NCBI RefSeq assembly: GCF_009834535.1
Contig: NC_045698.1
Coordinates: 8,992,001-9,056,000, forward strand
Length of the DNA stretch: 64,000 nt
Direction of reading: 5' to 3'
DNA from: Camelus ferus
Taxonomy: Eukaryota
Position 1 is the stretch's first letter; each line of letters opens with the position of its first letter. Both the position numbers and the translations under genes were made by a program. The notes beneath the pieces were generated by a model, which worked only from the letters and a program-made list of their open reading frames with translations, was not told the origin of the DNA and did no database searches. This document shows, in pieces, positions 50,746-64,000 of this stretch.

Positions 50746-53149
50746 AGAGTTTTGATTGTACAGGAAAGCACCACTTTTTAAATGATTACATTTATGGTTC
50801 AGGAAAGGGGAAGATCTGGTAGAAAGAGAGAAGCAACTGGAAGAAAACAAAATGTTTTACAAGGGAAGGGGATGGCAAGTAAACCACTGAAGACAGACCT
50901 GAATGTTTACACAGTCTACATAAGGACAATTCTATTTATAGAATCAAGGATTTTCATAGATATTTCAACCTGTTTTTCTAATTAAACATTAATTTTCATG
51001 ACATAGATGATCAAACTTTCTATATGCTAAGTAAAAGCCTTCTTTGGGGTGAATTTATAAATTGTTTAGACATTATGACATAAGTAGGCAAATTAAGAGC
51101 CACCCCTGACCCCCAAAGACTGGAAATGAGGGAAATAAAATTCTAATAAAAAGCAACTTGGATTATTGGAAATCAGAAGTAATACGAATTTTTTTTTCAA
51201 AATTATTTTAAGAGCTAATGACACCCAGAGAAGCAAGATTTTAATGTAGCCAGATGGAAGGCCCTGTACACAAAGAACAGCAATTCATTTAAGTTCATGC
51301 AGTAAGGAAACTTAGAGAAAGAATCCCAGGGGCAAGAAAGCAACTCCCAATTACTATTTCAATCGCATTGTAGGAACGGACACATCAGATAATTTTCTAA
51401 TGTTTTTCATTTTGACTCCATTCCCAAAACATTGATAGAGTTTTGGGATTTAACTGTGAGAGAAAACTGAGAGAAGAATAGATTTTCCCCATGAATTAAC
51501 AGACGAAAACTATTTTGTTACTGTATTGAAATATGATGAAAATTTTAAGTATCCACAAAATCAACACTATAAATTTATCAGACATAAGTGATGATTTCAT
51601 TCACTGTGAAACAACGTAGAATATTTTTGTCCATTTAGATATCAATGTAAGATATTTAATATCAAAATATCAAAGAGCAACAATTGTTGTCTAAGAGAAT
51701 TGCTTGGGTTTAAGAGAATCATAGTTTACGAAGATTATAGATTTAAGAACCTCGTTTTCCTCTAATTTTTAATTTCAATTTAAAAGTCAAGTAAGTTTCA
51801 TGTAAAATAAAGTCAATCATGTTCTAGGGAGCTTTGATTAATGTTTACATATGTACATTTCTTATAAATACGTTAGTTCCACAATTAGAATTATTTTCCT
51901 TTAAGCATTTTACACTGTATTTATTAATTTGTTAAGCTTGATTTTATTTTAAACAATTGCTTTCTGATTGAACAAAATTGTATGTTTATCAAGAAAATAT
52001 TCCTAGGTATTTAAACAACATATGTAAACCTAGTAAATTAAAGCTATAATTGTAGAACAAATAGTTTGCTAAGACATTCAAACAATCTATGTATTAATTT
52101 TTAAAATCTTACATCTTTTGAATTAAAATCATAAACATGAAATCAATTTCATATTTTTAGACTGAGATCTTAGGTCTGAACTATCAGGTTTTCTAATAAG
52201 TCAAAAGCTTTTAAGCATAACAGTACTTCTAATAACAAATTATTCCTAACTATAAAAAATGGTTCATGTGATATATTTGATCTACTTATTTATCTCTGTA
52301 TCTCTAATTTTAAACAACTTAGAAAATCATGTATCCCTTAGGAAAGCAGACTTTCCATATCAAGTAGTTGGAATTACCAGTTGAACTATTTAGGACCATG
52401 TGATGGTTAAGGCCTCTAGTAGATGAAGGTTGCAATGAGGCCCTGGAGGTTGCATGTCTTCAGCTGACTCATGTCCTACTGCACATGAACATTCTGAAGG
52501 ATTTTTGTCATTTTGATGGCACAAGGCATCTCCACTGCTAAAGTTTTCACCACTACATTGAAATTGATTTCAAACATTCATTTTCCAGCTCAAGTTACTC
52601 CCATATGTAATGTGTTCATCTGATTAGAATAGATATAAATCTACACACACACTCTTGCAGTTAACTCCACAACTTATCTGGATTCTGCATCACATTAAAA
52701 CTTAACGTATTTTCAATATTTAAAAATATTTTAATGGAATTCTCATGAATTCTAAAACCTCTAACTACTTCAACTGACTGTCTGTTAGCAATTTAGCTGT
52801 CAGGCAAATGAAATAGAAAATAGAAATAGAATTAGAAAATCAAATTATCTCTCTAGGTTCAATAATGCTGTACCAAGTCATCTCTCAATCATTTTAGACA
52901 TGATATATCTATGCTCACTAAGCAAAATTAGAATAATAATTTGTATTCTCATGTAGCCTTCCAAAGGAAAAGAGTAGTAGTATCATAATTGTCAAAAAGA
53001 AGTTTAAAAAGCCATTCTGCTTTATATCCCTCAACCTATTGTGTCTTGTGAAGAATCTCTGAAGATTTGAAACAAGTGAATTATATAATCATAGTTATAC
53101 ATCCAAAAAAATAAATAAATAAATGAAATCCTTGAATCTGTGTAGGGGT

Positions 53150-53760
53150 AAATGGATGATGTGACGTCCCTGCAAGCAGGGGATTCCTTAGGAGTCTCCT
53201 GCATGGATTGCAAACTTAAGTGGGTTTGGAAGAATGGGACTGACTTGGCAGATACTTAAGAGGCAGAATTGTCAGGAAGTGTTAATTTAATAGAAAGCAT
53301 TTAAAAAGAGTGGTTATATAAAAAGCTGTGGGGATTTTGGCTTGATTTGATGATGATGTTGTCAAAGAATTGCCTTGATTTTGGGTTTCTTGTGACACAT
53401 ATAATTTCCAGCTCTCAAAACTGTCTAGTGAAAGGAATTAGGGGAGAAGAAAGGAATGAAGGAAGGAAGGGAGGGAGGGAGGGTAGGTAGCAGAGAAAGG
53501 AATGAAAAGGAGTCAAACTCTATCTAGATAGATTGAGTTGAACATTCTGTAACCTACTCAGGAGGAGCTATTGAAGAAATTGTAAGCTGTGTCTTTGGAG
53601 CTCAGAAACAAGTTCTCAACTAAAGAGGATAACTAGGGAATCACAAGCTATGGGTAAAGATGCAATTACCAGAGATAGTGTGTAGATTGTTAAGAGAATA
53701 TGGAAAAGTGAAGACAGACATTTAAGGGGAAGGGATAAAAAGAACGACCTCCTTTTTAGA
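53150..53760 (-). mobile_element. L2 fragments with an embedded (GGAA)/(GGGA) tract
   Basis: gatacttaagaggcagaattgtcagga...gattgagttgaacattctgt...tggagctcagaa...cagacatttaagggg. Confidence 0.55.
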
Positions 53761-54416
53761 AACTAAACAAGTGAGTAGGCCAGGGATGGGGGCAGGGGGT
53801 GGATACCTACCATAAGTGATTTGGTAGAAACAGAGAGAAACACTCAATATCACTAAAACTCTGTTGCACCAATAGACTTCCTTTCTCATCCCACAAGAAG
53901 ACTATTGAATGAATGACTTCTTTCAAAATGTCTGCAATCTGTCCATCTGCATCACCGATTAATGCTGCTGCTGCACCATATTTCACACACACTCAAAAAA
54001 GGCAACATTCATTCCTCTCATTAGAAAATCTGCACTTCATTCTGTATTTGCTCCCTCTTCTGCCTCCTTTTATAATGAAAGAACCAATGACATCTACCCT
54101 TGATGTTTATCAAGCTCTTATTGTCCAAAGGTTTTATCTTGTAATGCTATCTGTTCTAGATCATCATTCTCTGTCTTTTTGCTGGTTGGATATAAACCCC
54201 ATCACAATTTTTTACAATGCTAATATATAACTTATCTTAATAGGATTTATTTTTAGGTACTGAATAATCTAGACTTAGTTTAGAAAATGGTGTGTTTTTC
54301 TTATAAGAGTTCTAAAGATGAATTGTTGCTGCCATGATTCCATGGTTACACAATGCTTAGGACATTTCCCCTGAAATTCTTTTGAATATTGAATTCTTGC
54401 ATTCTCTGGGATCAAG

Positions 54417-54853
54417 TGTAAGAAAAATGCATAAAGTAAGAGCTGTGAGCCAAGTTTTATTCAGTCTTACTGAGGACTATAGCCTGGGAAACAGCCTCTC
54501 AGGTAGCTCTGAGAAATCGTTGTAAAGAGGTAGGGGAAGAGTCAGTATATATATGAATTTTGGGGGGTAAGCAAAGATGTAGTTAAGCATACATCTTGAT
54601 AAAAGGTTACTGCTAGTCACAAAGAGCATATATCTTAAGTTAATGATTTTAATGCTTTTCTATGTATGGAAAGATGCAAAAATCTGGGCTCATTGTAGTT
54701 CTTCCTGAGGAATGCATCTTGACTATCTAGGGGGCCTTTTATCCAAAGCACAGACTGTCTCATTTTGTCTTTTTTCCATCCTGAATTTCCCTCAGAGTGC
54801 ACTGTCAATGGGTGAGTGTAGTGGGCTGTGACTTAACCCTTTTTATAAGAGGA
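54417..54853 (-). mobile_element. MER41-like ERV1 LTR (artiodactyl type)
   Basis: gttttattc...ttactgaggactatagcctgggaaacagcctctcagg...atgcttttctatgtatggaaagatgcaaaaatctgggctcattg. Clearly paralogous to 56882-57309. Confidence 0.7.
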
Positions 54854-55260
54854 TGTTACTAAACTGAACTTGGGTCTGTTCACCTGATGCATGGTAAAGC
54901 CAATCTACCAACACTGGATTGTGGGGAAGGAAAGTACATCATTTATTGCAGGGTGAGAAGCAAGGGAGTGGGAGACAAGCCTCAAATTCACTCCAACTTG
55001 GTCTTTGAGTTACGATTTTTTGTTTGTTTTTGTTTTTGTTTTTGTTTAAAGGGGAAGAACAAATAGGTTGGGATTAATCATCATTTTATGACATTTCTTA
55101 GTTGTAGTTTCAGGAGTCAGGATGCCTCTGGTTTATGATTCTCTGGCCAGGAGGTCCGTGACCCCTTGGGAGTTTGTTAGTTCATGTTACTCTGGAGGAA
55201 CAATCTGAGTTGGATAGAGAGATTTAATCATAAACTCACAAACTTCAAAAGGCAACTCAG
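54854..55260 (-). mobile_element. ERV1-like LTR abutting or nested in the MER41-like LTR
   Basis: Starts tgttact. tttattgcagggtg...gcaagg...ggagacaagcctca matches the reverse of the 2886-3416 LTR 3' end. Far boundary uncertain. Confidence 0.6.
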
Positions 55261-56660
55261 TTTTGGGAAGATAAGCTGTTTCTCTCTCTCTCTCTCTTTT
55301 TTTTTTTTAAAACAATTTCATTATTAACTATAGCTTTTGGAATCTCAAGTATCTATAGATAGGAGCATTTCATAAACAAGTTGTTAAGGGCAAGCAAAGC
55401 TCTTACCCTACAGATTATATATTCATAGATATTCCTTATGGTCTACAACTGTATTCACTTTGTATAGGAAAAAGAAAAGCTACTGTAAATACATAAGGGT
55501 GGCAATACAGGGAAATACAAAAGCCAGTACCTTATAATTTTATACTTTTATTATTTTGTATGTTGATTTAGAAAAATAAAACAGAACATTTTCATTTAAA
55601 TATGTGAGCGTAATTTAGGTGATATTATGACCATTGAGGAAGGGACCCAAGAATTATTTAAATATCTATTTTTTCAAGAAAACACATTTTTTTGTTGCTT
55701 GATTATTTTGGCTATAAAGTTTCATTATGTGACTCTCAGAGTTATAATGTTAGATTTTATGTATTCCTTAGAGACTAGCATTGAATTTCCAGGTTATTTA
55801 ATGGGTCACTTAAATTTAAATTTCCATATTAAATAATTCCAATAGTGAATGAAAAAAAAAGTGATATGAAACTTTCTTTTAATAGAGATTTGGCCCCAGT
55901 TAATGACAGTGCTTATTTGGAGCTAAATTCACCATTTAGTTATGCAGTTTGATCCACATGAAACATTGTTAATTCTGAGAATTAAAGTCTTGACCTTCAA
56001 CACAATCCAGCACTGCAATCCACCAGAAAAGGAAATTATTTATTATGAGCTTTGTGTTTTGGATATATTCCTATGCTCGTTTTAAAGATACTAAGTCAAA
56101 TTTGAACAAAATGAAACCCAAGGTTGTTTTCAGTACAATGTAGTATTGGTATCATCATCATCGTTTGAGCTTCTGCTTCTGGTCTTTACTATGGATATTA
56201 TACATGTGTCTTTTTTGTTGTTGTTGTTGTTCTTTGTCTCTTATTTGATTTAGTTTGGGTTGGGTATATGTAGCATGTAAACAGCACCAACGCACAAAAA
56301 CCATGTAGGACATTTGCTTTGTGTATTTGGGGAGAGGGATGTGTACACTGGGCAGTTAACTTACAAAAAGAACACAAACTAAAAAAAATTCCCCGAAGTC
56401 CTCCAGTATCTCAGCACAGCATTGAAGTGTCTCTGATATCCCTTCTCAATATTTCTAGATGAATCTTCTTTCATTCTTTAAATGAACCTATTATTACTTG
56501 TACAAATTTCCTTTTTACTGAGTTAATGCTGAATTTCTTTTCTTTGCAACCAGAAGAGCCCTAACAAATGCAAATAGGTTGGTAAATATTTTGTCAGGTC
56601 TTTTTGCCTGTTTCAGCCTATTGATAACCAACATTGTGACTAGATAAGCTCTTGTAGTCC

Positions 56661-56766
56661 TTTTATTTTTTTTTCCTTTTTTATGAAGGTACTGGGGATT
56701 GAACCCAGGACCTCCTGCATGCTAAGCATGTATGCTACTGCTAAGCCATACCTACTCCTCCTCCAA
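56661..56766 (-). mobile_element. tRNA-Ala-derived SINE (Vic-1-like) with tail and TSD
   Basis: Poly(T), then ggtactggggattgaacccaggacctcctgcatgctaagcatg. Flanked by cttgtagtcctt (56651) and cttgtatttctt (56767). Confidence 0.85.
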
Positions 56767-56779
56767 CTTGTATTTCTTG

Positions 56780-57725
56780 TTATGATTGCAGGGAAATGAT
56801 GAAAGAGACAAAACTTATTGCTTACACGTCCTGAAAATTACATGGCTCACCTGGGGCCACAGAGTGAGGTCACAGGTAGAGTGTCAACTGAAAGAGAAAC
56901 ATGCAATGTAGAAGTCATGAGTTAAGTTGTATTCAGGGACCTTACTGAGGGCTATAGCCCAAGAGACAGCATCTCAGGTTGCTGAGAAACTGCTTCTAAG
57001 GGTTGAAGAGGAGCTAGGATATATAAAATTTTTTTCTGGAAAAAAACATGTAATCAAGCATAAAAAGATTACTGCTAATCAATCACAAAGAAAAGACATT
57101 CCATGTTAATGATGTTTGTGTTTTCATTGAGTGGAAGATGAAAGAATTTGGGTTCATTGAAATTTGTCCTCAGATAGGTATCTTAACTATCTAGGACCCA
57201 GTATATCCCAAACACAGAACATGTGCTGTTTTTCCCCATCCTGAACTCCTCAAGTGCACTGTCCGTGGGTGATGCAGTGGCTGATGGCAGGCAGTGTTTT
57301 TTCTTTATAAGAGTTTGAGAGAGAGATTTAAAAGTGGGCTTGAGGCTCTGTTTCACTTTTATTGAGGTTTAGGGTGGGGGTGTCTAAGATTTCACAAGCT
57401 CATTCTTCATTGGTGAATTTAAAACACAAGTGGGAATTTAAAGCATGGGAAGAGTGAAATAAATAAAAACAAACAAACAAAAAAACCCCCAAAAAACCAA
57501 GGGGCCCAAATTGTCAGCTACCCATATCAGCCAAGATCGCCAAAACACAGGAACTTGGTTGGGGTAGGGATTGGGGGATGGGTGTGGGTTCTGGTGGCTG
57601 AGGTGGCCTGACTTTTTATCTAGTCCAGTGACTGGAAATATATCTATCTTGATAGCCATCTTCAAAGTGGATTCTTCTTTGAAGTGGATACTTCCACAAT
57701 CAAAGCTTAAATTTGGCACCTGCAT
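56780..57725 (-). mobile_element. Older LTR (MER74/ERVL-like) interrupted by a MER41-like LTR
   Basis: cttattgcttacacgtcctg...catggctcacctggggccacagagtgaggtc continues after the insert (gagagaga...ggctctg...tttattgaggt). Confidence 0.45.
56882..57309 (-). mobile_element. MER41-like ERV1 solo LTR with 4-bp TSD
   Basis: tgtcaactgaaa...ctttata flanked by agag at 56878-56881 and 57310-57313. A 4-bp TSD is typical of ERV1. Confidence 0.8.
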
Positions 57726-59827
57726 TCCAAAAAAGGAAAACCAACTTACACTTACATCAGGATATTTTTTAAAAGTTCATATAAAACAAATTACATGTAA
57801 ATAAGGGGCTTCATAAAGAAACTGATAAAAGCAGCCATTAAGAAAATCGTGACTATAAAGTAAAACAATAAAACAGGGTGTGTGAAATATATTTTGATTT
57901 TCATCATATCAGAAAAACATAATAATGAAGTATCTCTGAAGGTGCTTATAATGTAAGCTAACGAAAGTCTGATAATTCAAGTTGAAACATAGACCAAGGG
58001 GAAAACACCAAGGTTTTTAGACCCTGTAGTATCAAAGTAGATTGTGATCTCAGAACATGACACAAAATACTGAAATAATACTATTTTAGGGCTATCCCTG
58101 TCAATGTAATCAAACTTGCTTACTTTACAAATAGTGAAATTAACATTCCATAATATATGACTATTCCTACTATTACAATTATTTTAGGCAAACCAATATT
58201 TAGTGTCAAATATTGAACTTTAATAATGTAAATTCTTTTGAGGAAAACTCAATTAGTCTTGTCACTGATTCAATGCCACCAAATCTCACTCTGATAATAA
58301 ATTCAGGATGTGGGGTGAATGCACATATGGCAAAGGGATGTCTAACAAAGACATTTCCAAACGAATGTTAAATTATTTAAAACTGAAGGTCACATAAACC
58401 TTATGTTTTGTCAAGTCATTCCAGCTACAAGTATTAAGAAAAAAATTATTCAGTAACTAGTTAATATGCAGTAACATACATCTGTAGTATCTACAGGGTC
58501 ACCTTTTAGATTGGAAATGAAAAATACACATAGGTGCTAATTTTATTTCTTTGGCTTTGTTTTGTCATAATATAGAAGAGAGAGTTCTTAAATATTAATG
58601 ATAGTTTCTCCTCAAAACTATTTTGACATGACCATAATACTTCAACATTCATTTAGATAGTAGAAATATTTCAATTATTCATGTATCTGTTATATCCAGA
58701 TGAATGTAAAGGGCACACTAACACTTTTAATAATGCCAACTAGAAGTATGTTTCTTGTAATTGAAGATTTATATAAAAATATTTAACAGGAAGCTGATGC
58801 TTTTATGATATTTAAGTACACAATTTCTATGTAAACTTCTTTCTAGTCTATATTTGAATGTCTTATTTAATGATGAATTTAAAGTAGATTGCAGAAATTT
58901 CTTAGACGATCAACAGACACTTGTGTCTTAGTCAACACATAAAGCAAAACTTCACTATGAGCTGGTTTTACTTCGAGTGAATATTTGTTATTAAGATACT
59001 ATTTGAAAATCTCAAAGGCCGTGGAGTATTTCAATAATGTGTTAGATGACACAATAGATAATCATCTCAATCAAGAGTACTACTTCTCAATATTGCTAAA
59101 ACTTTCAACACATTTTCATTCATTAAGATGTGGCTGGTTGAATTACATATGAAAAATGAGGAGAACAGGTATATCTTCCTTGATTTAAAGAGATCTAATT
59201 TGAAAGATTAAGTAAACTATGCATGTTTTCCTTTAATAACTGTAATTAAGGCTTATTGTCGCATAAGGCATTGATGATGGTCCTTTATTCAGAGTCAGCT
59301 TGGTACTCATTTGTGGCTAAAACAGATTGCCTTATTGTTGCCACTTTTCTCTCTGGTTTCCAATTCTGGTCCTCGCAGTGAGCTACCAAGATGTAGGATA
59401 AGCTACTTAACCATTTTCCCTTCTTTGAAATGGGGTCCTCTGCCTATCACAGTATTATATGTTAATATATGAACTAACATGCATTGGTAATATTAATATC
59501 CTCATTACATAAAAATGCAGACTATGATGTCTCTTCTATTTTCATAGTCAAAGATTTGTATTTTGTTTTTCAGCTTAATTTTATTTCTATTATTTCTTTT
59601 CTATTTGGCTTACTCTTGATTTATCTGTCCTTTTAGTAAAGATAGCAACTCCTGCCTTATTGTGCCTTTCAGTTTCTTTTAAGCTGTTTTAAAGTACACC
59701 AAGTGTGAGTAGATCAGGACATAGATAAGATACCATGAATGTTGTTGCAATTTTACTCTTATTAAGAGATGGCTAATCTTTATGTTGCCATGAGATTGTT
59801 AAAATGGCAACACCCCCTAAATCAGTC

Positions 59828-60452
59828 TACATGTGGCTGTCCAGTTTTCCCAATACCAATTGCTGAAGAGACTGTCTTTTCTTCTTTGTATATTCTTGCC
59901 TCCTTTATCAAAGATTAATTGACTGTAGGTGTGTGGATTTATTTCTGGGTTCTCTATTCTGTTCCATTGAGTTGTATGTCTGTTTTTGTGCCAATACTAC
60001 ACTGTTTTGATTATTATAGCTTTGTTGTACTGTCTAAAGTCTGGAAAGGTTATGCCTCCAGCTTTGTTTTTTTTCCCTCAGTATTGCTTTCACAATTCTA
60101 GGTCTTTTGTGGTTCCATATAAAATTTAGGATTATTTGTTCTAGTTCTGTTAAAAATGTCATGGATCCTTTAACAGGGATTACATTAGATCTGTAGGTTG
60201 CTTTGGGTAGTATGGTCATTTTAACAACAGTTATTCTTGCAATCTAAGAGCGTGGGATATCTTTCCATTTCCTTGAATCATCTACGATTTCCTTGATCAA
60301 TGTTTTATAGTTCTCAGTGTACAAATCTTTTACCTTTTTGGTTAGATTTATTCCTAGGTATATATTCTTGATGTGATTTTAAAAGGGATTATTTTTTTAC
60401 ATTCCCTTTCTGGTATTTCACTGTTAGCGTAAAGAAATACAACAGATTTTTT
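59828..60452 (-). mobile_element. Internal L1 ORF2 fragment, relatively young, with no 3' UTR or tail
   Basis: ORF 60034-60219 ([17 protein letters not shown]...[26 protein letters not shown]) matches L1 ORF2p post-RT sequence (MAILPKVIYRFNAIPIKLP...KFIWNQKRARIAK). Confidence 0.9.
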
Positions 60453-60839
60453 ATCTTAAGTCATTGTTAAGACATATTTTTAAATTGTCACATAGCCTTT
60501 TACAGGGGAATAGAAAGCACTTCTAAATTCTCAGTTTTAAACATTGGCTGTGTATTTTATTTTCTACAAACTCCTAAGAAAGCCTGTCAAATAGTGTTGA
60601 AAATTTCTAAAAGAGTAAGTGATGAAAAATCAAAATAAACCTTTTTAAACAAGAAAAAAGATAGACAACATAGGGTTGTCATTTCTAATTTCTCCTCCTC
60701 TCCAAGTTTGGTGCTAGAAAATACACTTCCAGGAGCTCTCTTTATTATGTCCATGTTCTTATTTAAATAAAATGTTAGAGAATAAGAAATAAATTTATTA
60801 TCTTTTCTTATTTTCATGATTCAGAAATCACTTCATAAA

Positions 60840-61075
60840 AGTGTAGTGATTTAGAGCACTAATTATGCAGCCAAACTTCTGGGTTCAAAATTGAGCTTTA
60901 CTCTGTGTGACTTTGGGTGAGTCACCTAACCTATCTGAGTCATGGTTTCCTTATCTTTAGTAATAGTGCCTATCCCATAGCGTTGTTGAGAAGTTTAATG
61001 ATTTAATGTATGAAAGGGCTTGGAAGATTGCATGACTGATGTAAATATTCTGTCTGTTAGCTATAATCTTATTAT
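60840..61075 (+). mobile_element. MIR SINE
   Basis: gtgtagtgatttagagcac...ctgggttcaaa...tgtgtgactttgggtgagtcacctaacctatctgag...gtttccttatct...taatagtgcctatcccatagcgttgttgagaag. Confidence 0.85.
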
Positions 61076-61249
61076 ATCATCATCGTAATAAAACTTTCAA
61101 ATCTGTGACAGCAGCAAACTTTTTGAGAACGTTTACTTTGGTTTGGGTTTAAGAAGGAGAACTGATGACTGATTTTTTTCTACTAACGTTGAAATATTTC
61201 TAGTGTTAAGTAGAGAATGAATTATATGGAAAATATATTTAGCAAAATG

Positions 61250-61550
61250 TCATATTAATTCACAGACTTATTTGGCATTTACTTTTCTTACTAGGAATTA
61301 TATCATGAAGTTATTTTAATTTCACTGATGTATGGAGTAAACATACTATATTTAGTACTTGTTCCTGATCATTGGTCACGTAGGTGTTTCAAATTTTACA
61401 ATATTATAAATAGTGTTACAATAACCAACCAACCATTTATATTTGGACATTGGTAAAAATTTTCTAGTATTTTCTTTCTAAAAACTCTTAGACAGAGAAT
61501 TGCATTTTATAATCCATAAGAGTTGTCAAGTCACCTTCTACAGACCATGT
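61250..61550 (-). mobile_element. Old L1 (L1ME-like) fragment
   Basis: gtatggagtaaacatac...tgatcattggtcacgtaggtgtttcaaattttacaatattataaatagtgttacaataacc. Confidence 0.55.
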
Positions 61551-62936
61551 ATCATATCTTTTCTTTCTTCTTTCCCTTTCTTCTTCTCCTCCTTCTCTTC
61601 CCCCTCTTTCTTTTCCTTTCTCTCCCTCCCCTTTAGGTTTCCTTCTCTCTATCAAGAGGATGGAAGCTACTCATTGTATAAAGATGGCATGTATGCCAGA
61701 TCCTTACTAACTAGAATGTATTTCATCTAAATAGAATCCAATTATGCTCTTATGGTCAGCTTGTCTAGAGAACAACTTTTATATGAAACTGAAATCATCA
61801 TTAGATTGGACAACTATTACATGGTTGATGGTCTGGAAAGTAAAAACACTAGAATAGAAAAGTTTAAACTATTTAGTGGAGAGGAGAAAATATTTCTCAC
61901 AAAAATCCTTCAAAAGCAATAAAAAGTAAATCAAGAACATTTGAATACTGGTGAGAACCCACCCCTCTGCCCCCCAAAAAAGTAATTCTTCTGGGCAATA
62001 TACCACACATGGTAGATTATGTCACAAAAATCAGTAAGAGAAAAATGAATGTAAATTCTGTATAGATTAACCTACACAAAATAATCACCAGAATGTCAAT
62101 ATATCTTTCAAAATATCATAATAAAATCATGATTCAACATGCTGTATTGTTCAGATGCTTAAAATATTTTTAAAGGACAAGGTTTACCTTTAATACAGGT
62201 AACAAAGTTAATAATTTTTGACAAAGTGGACAATGATAAGGTCATATATCAAGCTGAATATAATAGGTAGCCCATTTTACAGAGAGTGGGATACTCAAAT
62301 GCTTAGAAAAATGATTCTCTACTTGACAATTTCAGTGATAAAATGACATTAGAATATAATTGTCCAGGAATTAAGTAGAAAGTGTCAGCCTCTATAAAAC
62401 AATACAGGTTATGACAGGTAGGGCAACAATTCAATGGTTGAGATTTTGTTAAAAAATATGAGAGAACTTTAAATGGGAAAAATTCAAGAGCTAGAATCTG
62501 AAGCCTAATCTGCCCATTGTCTTCACTGGGAAATTGAACATAATGCTTACATTGAATTATATTTATTTTGAGGAATTGTAGGAATAATATTACATATGTT
62601 AAGTAGACTCTGGCTTTCAAAATATAGTAAAAGGGATAAACTACTAATGAGTTAAGAAAATGAACTATAAAACAAGTGATGATTAACTTAGAGAATTTAC
62701 CAGAATCATAAATATGACTGAGAAGGCATGCAAAAATAAGATCTATCAGTATATTTCCTCCCTCAGGAGAACTAAGCTTTAATTACTGAACAGGAGAGTG
62801 TGTCTTCGTTTAAATTAATTTCCAAGCTCACAATCTCAAGGATATATTGGGAGAATATTTTCGTGTGGATTTGAATGAATGCTTTTTGCATGGAATTTTG
62901 CAATTTCTTTACCCTATTTCTGAACTAGAGAGAAAT

Positions 62937-62987
62937 TGTGTGTGTGTGTCAATGCTTGTATGTGTGTGTAGATGCCTGTGTGTGTGT
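62937..62987. repeat. Imperfect (TG)n microsatellite
   Basis: Three interrupted TG runs. Confidence 0.85.
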
Positions 62988-64000
62988 ATTTTAATCTAGA
63001 TTCCTCTAGGAAAAGAATGATTCTAAATCTGAAAGGAAAGTTCTGTCAAGCAAAGCAAAGTTATTAACAAAACATAATACAAAGAAAAAAAAAACAAAAG
63101 TGCAAAGTCATATGTAAAAATTTGAAAGGAACTTTATTAGGAAACATAAAGAAGCTCGGAATTGCAAGAATTATAGAATAATTTTCACAGCCCCATTAAA
63201 GACATAAGAACATGTACTTACTACAGTAAGAAGTCAGCTTACTCTTTAAATGAAACTAATATGTAATAGTGGTAACTGAAACCAGGCCATGGGGACTTAA
63301 GAAGGAAATTATATGGCCTCATTGCAAATAGTGAATTTAATACACTTGATTATTTTAACATTCTATGAGATTTATAGGCTAAATAAAACATAGCTGGCTA
63401 GATCAAACTGCCAGAAGAGTCTATTCATATGAAAATACTTAAATGATTTTAGTTTTCAATATTACCTAATTCTTCACTTTGGAAAAGAAAGCCTCTGCAT
63501 TAGAATTTTAAGGAGGATTTGAATTAAATAACTGTTAGTAATTAACTTTTTTTTCCCTAAGTTGTTCTAAAATGAATTGGGGGAAAGTACCATAACGTGT
63601 ATGGGTGTAAGAGAAAACATTTTGTATTAGTTACCAACCTAAGAAACATTGCATCATGTTAGCAAACTTTCATCATGTAGAACTCACAAATGTAAAACTG
63701 AATAATAAGCTGAAATGTCCGGTGGCTGCATTGAGAACCTTCCTTTATTATCGAAATAAAGGAAAATGAAAGCACTATTGGGTGAAGACGAAATGAGTTC
63801 ATATCTGTAAAGTTGGAGTATTTCCAACAGGTAGTAAAAATACAGTGTTTGTTTTTATAATTAATCTTTTGAGTATTATAATACTGAGATTTCAGAAACA
63901 AAATTGTTTAGGGTATGAATCACTTGAGTTGTCTATAGTTTTCTCTAATTTAATAATCCTTGTAGTTGGCAGGTAAATCAAATTAAACTGATCTCTTTAC

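Noticed and set aside
53807..53992. Protein-like 61-aa ORF (AAAALIGDADGQIADILKEVI)
   Set aside because: Non-ATG start, no supporting splice signals or recognisable family, and adjacent to degenerate L2 sequence.
54417..57309. Single provirus bounded by two MER41-like LTRs
   Set aside because: The LTRs are quite diverged, the second has its own TSD on both sides, and no retroviral internal sequence lies between them.
60034..60219. ORF with clear protein similarity
   Set aside because: It is an L1 ORF2p fragment, not a host gene.

Overview
An AT-rich, CpG-poor stretch of placental-mammal genomic DNA that looks intergenic or deep intronic. Two tRNA-Ala-derived SINEs begin GGGGAGGGTATAGCTCAG or a decayed form of it, which resembles the camelid Vic-1-type SINE and suggests a camel, llama or alpaca source (inference). 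I found no convincing protein-coding exon, RNA gene, processed pseudogene or CRISPR array. The listed ORFs are chance frames or degraded L1 ORF2 pieces. Much of the window is interspersed repeat: an old ~4.2 kb L1, several younger L1 pieces (two with 5' inversions), HAL1, L2, MIR, L3/CR1, hAT-Charlie MITEs (MER20, MER5A, MER3), MaLR/ERVL/ERV1 LTRs (some nested) and microsatellites. I see no evidence for a new multi-component biological system. The best second-look items are small: a tail-less tRNA-Ala-like SINE head with intact Pol III boxes and a long terminator-free downstream region, a 15-bp perfect hairpin, a perfect CpG-rich 23-bp minisatellite flanked by two full CRE sites, two twin-primed L1 insertions, a motif-dense candidate promoter, and an orphan exon-like unit. 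Repeat family names come from recalled consensus sequences, not a database search, and boundaries are approximate unless a TSD is given.
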